A stretch of 54,414 nt of DNA, the filler included, from Bipalium vagum (Eukaryota): NCBI GenBank assembly GCA_037834085.1. It is 3 parts of 3 records of this genome, joined end to end, with 100 filler letters (N's around TTAATTAATTAA, not from the genome) between each part and the next. Parts side by side here need not be neighbours in the genome. Positions count along the whole stretch, not along the records: positions 36,510 to 54,414 come from JBBMKC010046977.1; 2 more parts are not named here. One strand, given 5' to 3'. This document shows, one piece after another, positions 48,396-54,414 of the stretch. The translations under genes and the position numbers were made by a program. The notes beneath the pieces are model-generated. The model had not been told where the DNA came from. It saw nothing but the letters and a program-made list of their open reading frames with translations, and ran no database searches. The first letter of the stretch is position 1. Each line of letters begins with the position of its first letter.

Positions 48396-51300
48396 TTAAG
48401 ATTTGAACGACGTTGTTTGGGCAAGAGTGGCTCTTTCCTGTAATTAAAAAAAATTCTCAAAATTATCCATCATAATAAATAGCATCAACCTCATTTGTTT
48501 TATTAAACAGCACAGTTATCACCTGAACGCCAGTACCCCAAGTAGAGCTTTGGCACTCCAGATCATTAGAACCAGCTGGTCGATTTCCTTTACTCCAGAT
48601 CTGAAGACCATTTAAAGTATAGAAATTCTTGTACAAAAACAGAAATAAAAACTTTAATAAATCTCGATTCCCCAGTCGGTTTCAGAATGGTTGAATTGGG
48701 AAGTTCATATTGAACAACCGACCGTTCGTTGTCGATATTTCTGAATATTTTAAAGCCACTTATATCTTCATCCTTAAAGACGTTACCAGACTAAAAGTGC
48801 ATCTTTCTAAACGAGATAAATTACCTTCTTGCCTGTGTTTTCTAAAATAATATGTTTTCCGTCTACACAGGCTTCATGGATAATTACACTTCCTTTTGCC
48901 GTTCTTTGGTGGCTTACATTAGACTTTCGTTCTGCTTTCATTTGACTTGACGACGCTGAAATAAAAATAAAATCTCCAAAATTATAAAAAAATATTATTA
49001 TTAATTATAGATATTATTGTAAATATTTTCAGGTCTTTTATTCTTACAATGTTTTAAATTTTACAAAAATGTCATTATATTATTTTTTTTTAATCTACAT
49101 TATTTTATATTTTATATGTCGAAAAAATTATGTAATTACCCTCAAACAATTATTGATTTTATTGCTATTAATTTGGCTGAAATTATCCTTTCTATTTATA
49201 TATTTATATATATATATTTTTTTTTTATATTTTTTTTTATATTTTTTTTTAATATATTTTTTATAAAAAATATGTTATTTTTTTTATATATTTATTTTTT
49301 TTTATATTTATTTTTTTATATAGTAAATTTATCAAAATTATATAGAAGATTTATCATGAGAAAATTTATAGAACTTTATTTATTTATTTGTCGAAGTCAC
49401 TTAAAAAATAAATTAAAAACATTATTTAATTAAATTTTAAAAATTAAATTAAACATAAGTTAATAATTATTAAAAAAATATTTCTTTGTTTCTCTCTGAA
49501 AAAATAGGTAAGTTAAATCACCTGTTACTTTAGAAATCATAGATTCCTGTAATCCTCCAGATTTAAATATTGTTTGTTCCATCATACTCCTTAAGCCACA
49601 TCTTCAGAAAAATGTCAATATTATCCTTCATTTTATTCTTTACCTGTTTTCTTCTCCTTCCAGCAATTTCCTATATGCTGCAATTTCAAGTTCTAAGCTT
49701 AATTTCATATCCATAACCATTTGAAATTCTTTCATTATCGCATCGAGTTCGTCCTGAGATTTTTGCAATTCTCCTTTCAGCTTATTCTTTTCCATTTCGA
49801 AGTCGGCAGTTTGATGATCAAAATCTTTTCTCAATTCCTCAAGATACATTTCCAATTGTGCATTCTTAAAATTAAAATAAGATTGATCATTAGAAGAATT
49901 ATTCTATAATTATTAACTTTTGATTCAATCTCCGGACATCGAGATCGAAGATTTGACATTTGTGTTTTTAATCTACTACTCTCCTCCTTTAAATGTACAG
50001 CTTCCATAGCCTCTCTAGGCGTTGAATGTCTTATTTCCTGAATCTTGACACTATGATGATTTTCACAATCATTTTTCATTTCCTCCAGTTTACCATCATA
50101 TTCGGTCTGTAATTGTCTCAATGATGTTCCCATTTCAGTTCTCCAGAAATCCCGATTTTCAGCTGTAGTATCCCGATATGCTAACGTAGCCAGATCTTTC
50201 ATTTCCTTCAGATATGTATATAAATATCAGTTTAATTAGTAAGTGATTATAAAAAGTCAATTTCCAGAATTTTACAATCTATGAAAAAATTGAACAATAT
50301 TGAAAATGGATCTTCATGATTTTAGTGAAAGTTTAGTGAGATATAGAAGGATTCTGTTGTGAAGATTACTGCAACCAATGAAAATGGATTTATTTCAATA
50401 ACCCAAAATGGACGAAACCGTAGCTTGATTCAGAATAGATATCTTTGTTTACCACTTGTGACTAAAAAGATATTGATGAGTGATTTTAATTTTCTTAAAT
50501 CAAAGATTTATTGATATTAAATTATTATTCATATTTAAAGGTGCATTTGTATTAAATTGAATATAATTTTTTGAATCCTAATTGTTTCACAAAACTTTAA
50601 CAACAATATTATTATTATTATTAACTTCGGTCTATCTTGTATTAAAACTCCTAAAATTAAGATTGAAAAGCTGTAAATAATAAAAATAAAACAAGTTACA
50701 TTATCATGAATTTCCTTCATGAACTCGATTTCATCTTTAAGAGAAAGCAATTCAGCTGCTAAAGCCATGTGGTTCATTGATTCTTGATCAACATCCTTAA
50801 AAAGTGAAAATCAATTTGATTTTACTGGCTTTTAAAGTACCATTTTAGTTCTTTTAGCTTCATCTCTTAATCGACCCAGTAGTTTTTTATTCCTTTGCCT
50901 TTCTTCTTCCAAAAATGCAATTCTTCTTCGCAAAAGTCCAATTTCTCCTTCATATTCCGATAATTGTCGACTTAATTTTTCAATCATCTCTCGATCAAAT
51001 CCATGTTGATTGTTTGCTTCGTCAATTCTTAATAATTATTTCGAAAATTTTTCATCGTCAATGTCATCATTACCCTAGAGTGTATTCTTGAAACTGTTCT
51101 TCTAGTTTGTTCACCTTCGGTGTTAAATCGTGCCGAGCAGCTTCTGCTTCATCGAGCAGTTTTTTCAGCTGTTCCATTTCAACTTCGTACATGCTTTTTA
51201 TCTTTTCAGTCTCCTTGCCCCACCTATCACGTATGGAATTGACTTCGTTTGCTAATCGTTTATTTTGAGCTTCTAAAAATAGAACCTTAATGAAATATAA

Positions 51301-51555
51301 TTTGTAAAATTTCCAGCTGAAACGATTTTCATGAAATACTTTTTCAATATAATTTGCCAATCTCTCATTAAGATCCTGCATCTCCCTTTTTTCTTTCTCT
51401 CGTCCAGAAACTGCATCATTGATGGTGTTATGAACGTATCCGTTTCCAGATGATTGAGCAGCACTAAAGGATTGCTTCATTTCATACTCCTTTGTCATTC
51501 CCGGAGTGGTTTTGTTGATAGTGATCCCGGATCGTGAATATGCTTTAGTGGCCAT
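48396..51555 (-). CDS. cytoplasmic intermediate filament protein with lamin-tail domain (invertebrate neurofilament/IF type), 567 aa, 11 exons
   Basis: Exons 51555-51340, 51285-51074, 51027-50841, 50795-50700, 50205-49918, 49864-49644, 49601-49522, 48955-48825, 48772-48653, 48600-48490 and 48437-48396 splice to one stop-free 1704-nt frame. Motifs EKREMQDLNERLANYIEK, LAYRDTTAENRDFW, KLSLELEIAAYRKLLEGEENR, and a tail (RTAKGSV...IILEN...IKIWS...TWGTG...LFN..NEERA). No CaaX. Confidence 0.96.
50270..50470 (+). mobile_element. degraded mariner fragment inside intron 4 of the IF gene
   Basis: KITATNE.WIYFNNPK (cf. RIVTGDEKWIYFDNPK). Confidence 0.6.
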
Positions 51556-52949
51556 CAAGAATATACTGAAATTTTTTATTTCTGACTTTATATAATCAAA
51601 TTTTTGACATTAAAATAAAATCGATGAGCCGTTCAACTAAAATAGTGTGACAGCTCTTATTATGAATACTTTAAAAGTAATAAATTCATTTTATACATTT
51701 TTTCTCAAGTAATAAATCTTATTAATATTTTCGGTTCTAGTTATGGATTGATGTTATATAACAAAGCTATTGATAATAATAATAATAATTTTAATAATAA
51801 TAATTTTAATGATAATAATAATAATATTATTAATAATGATAATTTTAATTTTAATAATAAATTTATTAAATTATTAAAAGAATTTTCTGATTTGAAAATT
51901 CTTAAATCTTAATCAATTTACCATTGATTATTTAATTATACATCAATTATTGTTTAACAATATTGGATCCCTTCTTATGCAAACCAGGGTGAAATCTCAT
52001 CTATTAAAAAATTGCTAATTAAAATTGCCAGAGAACATCAGGAATAGAATTATTAAAATCTTCAGTTTTCATTTATTTGCCCAACTTAGCAGACGGAAGC
52101 AAAGAAAAAAGATGGGTATTTTATAAATTGAGTGAAAGAAAGAAGCAGTAAAAATTAATTGCAAAATTTTGAATGTAATGAATGTAAGAAAGTCTTTTGT
52201 GTAATGTGACGTAATTGGAAAAAAATTACAAATCAAAAGCAGAAAAAATCAATCAAAAAGCAGAATATCAGAAATCAATTAAATTGAAAAGAAACTTTTT
52301 TTGTGTGAAAAATGTTGTAAATCAAATATATCGTCGTAAATTAAAATAAATTAAATTAATGGAAATAAAAACGAAATATTTATTATCCTAAACATAAAAG
52401 ATAACGGGTTGAAAAGTGTTATCATGTGCAAAATAAAAAAGTGAAATAATTAATGTCATTCGCAATGAACATCAACAAATGCAGTTAAGCTATGAACTCA
52501 GGCAATAAGTCAAAGATTGTCTGTCAGAAATATGAAAGTGATATTTCTACAAGAAGACGCTCAGCATCAGGTTACAAAACCTGTAAGTGAGACGTTATAA
52601 AGGGCTGATATTTGATCTTACCTCACTCCATTGCAGTTAAGAATTCAAGGATTATAAGGGTATAACAAGTATGTAAATATTAGGATTGCTAATAGTCAAT
52701 ACAATTTTGTCTTTGATAAACTCATGAATTGTCCAAAAATGGAAAAATGTTAGGATATTTGCAATAAAATTTTATTTTAACATTTCTAAATATCACTGAA
52801 TTTTACACCTTTAAAAAGGCGGACTCATACTTATACATATAATTTAATAATAATAATTTTTACTTATTTTTTAAATTTACAATGATATGTTTAATCGGAA
52901 TATGAAAATCTTTAATTTTTTTTTTAAAGAATAGTTGAAATAAACATTT

Positions 52950-53334
52950 TTAATTAGGATTTTCACAGAAAAATCTGTATGCCATTGTACAGTGTCTTCG
53001 AGATAAATCCTGAAAATATATAATTTTAATAAAAAGGCGTAATTAAGAAAAACAAATAACTTTATTACAATAAGAATTAGCACATAACTGAATGAACGTG
53101 TAAATTGTAGGATTGTTTGATGAGGTCACCATATATGATCACTCTAAAATCAAGTGAAAAGTCATTATCATAATTTTGTTTGTGGTCAGATCGTTTATTG
53201 ATACTTTTATTTTTTGGCATTGAATATATCTGTAATGGTATGTCATTTTTCCAACTCATAAACTTCAAATCTTTTTCTTGGCTTTCTTCGAGCTCGAAGT
53301 TATTCCAACACTGCTGTTCATATTCTGAATCCAT
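52950..53334 (-). CDS. putative two-exon gene, unknown product
   Basis: ATG at 53334 (MDSEYEQQCWNNFELEESQEKDLKFMSWK...), 79-nt GT-AG intron 53088-53010, second exon DLSRRHCTMAYRFFCENPN*. Confidence 0.4.
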
Positions 53335-54295
53335 AATTAATATTAAATAATTCAATAATATTATTAGTATTATTAAATAATAATTGATATATCTATTTTA
53401 TTGAAAAATTAGCTTACTTAAACAAAAATAATTATAATGATCATTCAAATAAGTTTCTTTTAATATATCTTTGAAATTGTTCCAGATTTATCTCGACAAC
53501 CCAGTAATTGATTACAGTACAACTATTTCGAATGTAAAACTAACCCAATTTCCTTTTTTATGAAAAATAAATTTAATTATTATTTTCAGACATCAAGCGA
53601 ACCGAAAGCTTTCTTTATAAAAGTAAACACATCTCAAAACCATCAATAATAATATATCAGCTGTTAATGGAAATTGTAAATAAAATGAAATAAAGTTGTT
53701 GATTTTACAAAGTGTCCCATTCAAATTTTGTGGCAAAATAATCACCAATTATATATTTATTTTAAAAATAATATTATCTTTTTCATCTCGATTTATAATT
53801 TCTTAAATAAATTCATTTTAAGATTTTATCTTTTTAAAAAATTCTGTGGATGCTTGAAGTGCGATGCGCTTTCAATGTAAAATTAGTCCTCCGGCCAATA
53901 TTTCTTTTATTAATTTTGAACATTTTAATTTCATTTTAAAAATGAAATTTAATTAATTACATTTTCTCTGTTAAAGGCCAAAATTAAGATTCGATGATAT
54001 TTAGGAAATATTATTTATTTATTTACAAAAAGCTCATTTTTATAAAAATGCGAAGTTGTCAATATTGTAGGAAAAGAAAGACTGCCGCCTTTTTTCTTGA
54101 CATTTCTATTATATTTTATGTTTTATTTTATTTTAATACTAAAAATAATAATATATAATATTAAAAATAGAAAAATAAAAAATTAATTCTTTTAAAATTG
54201 AAAATTTCTCCGAGAAATAAACGATTTATGTTTTTAAAAAGTTTGTTTAAGTTGTTCTGATGTTTGATTCCACGTCTGTGTTGTTGGCTGCAAAT

Positions 54296-54414
54296 AAAGG
54301 GTGTCTCAAAAATTACGCAAGATTTGAATTAAATAAAAAACACCGTTTTTTTTTCATTAAACTGTTAATTTTTTATTGAAATATGAAGTACATAGATTAG
54401 GGTTATGTATGAAA
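54296..54414. mobile_element. terminus of a rosa/maT-type Tc1-mariner element running off the window
   Basis: TA-AAGGGTGTCTCAAAAATTACGCAAGATTTGAATT, a CAGGGTGT-type TIR; related ends at 15859, about 16543 and about 22968. Confidence 0.6.

Noticed and set aside
48396-51555. Nuclear lamin
   Set aside because: No basic NLS between rod and tail and no C-terminal CaaX (ends TTSFKS).
1-54414. Genome-wide stop-codon reassignment (TAR=Gln, TGA=Trp)
   Set aside because: The 567-codon IF gene and the 234-codon cNMP exon contain no in-frame stops, use CAA/CAG/TGG normally, and the IF gene ends in TAA.
1-54414. CRISPR array, rRNA or prokaryotic operons
   Set aside because: No regularly spaced repeat-spacer units or rRNA-like sequence; spliceosomal introns show the DNA is eukaryotic.

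Overview
Very AT-rich eukaryotic (animal, probably lophotrochozoan) DNA. It consists of three contigs (1-16385, 16486-36409, 36510-54414) joined by artificial N44-TTAATTAATTAA-N44 spacers. The only gene I can model completely is an 11-exon cytoplasmic intermediate-filament gene (minus strand, 48396-51555, 567 aa), whose introns are mostly 42-54 nt with unusual splice signals. There is also a long exon of a cyclic-nucleotide-binding protein and several poorly resolved gene-like segments. The rest is microsatellite and a deletion-riddled transposon graveyard: mariner, Tc1, maT/rosa/DD37E-like, pogo, Merlin, Chapaev3-like and Ty3/Gypsy remnants. The most interesting structure is a parasite-of-a-parasite system. 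A tiny non-autonomous LTR retrotransposon (TRIM) has 114-bp LTRs containing a tRNA-Ala-derived Pol III promoter, a PBS, a PPT and a 5-bp TSD. Its LTR has been hit at the same position, immediately 5' of the tRNA B-box GTTCGAATCCC, by a NeSL/R2-type restriction-like-endonuclease (RLE) non-LTR retrotransposon. This is seen at two unlinked loci (9935-10789 and 28293-28615), with different 5' truncations and synonymous divergence between the two inserts. All calls were made by eye from motifs; no database searches were run.
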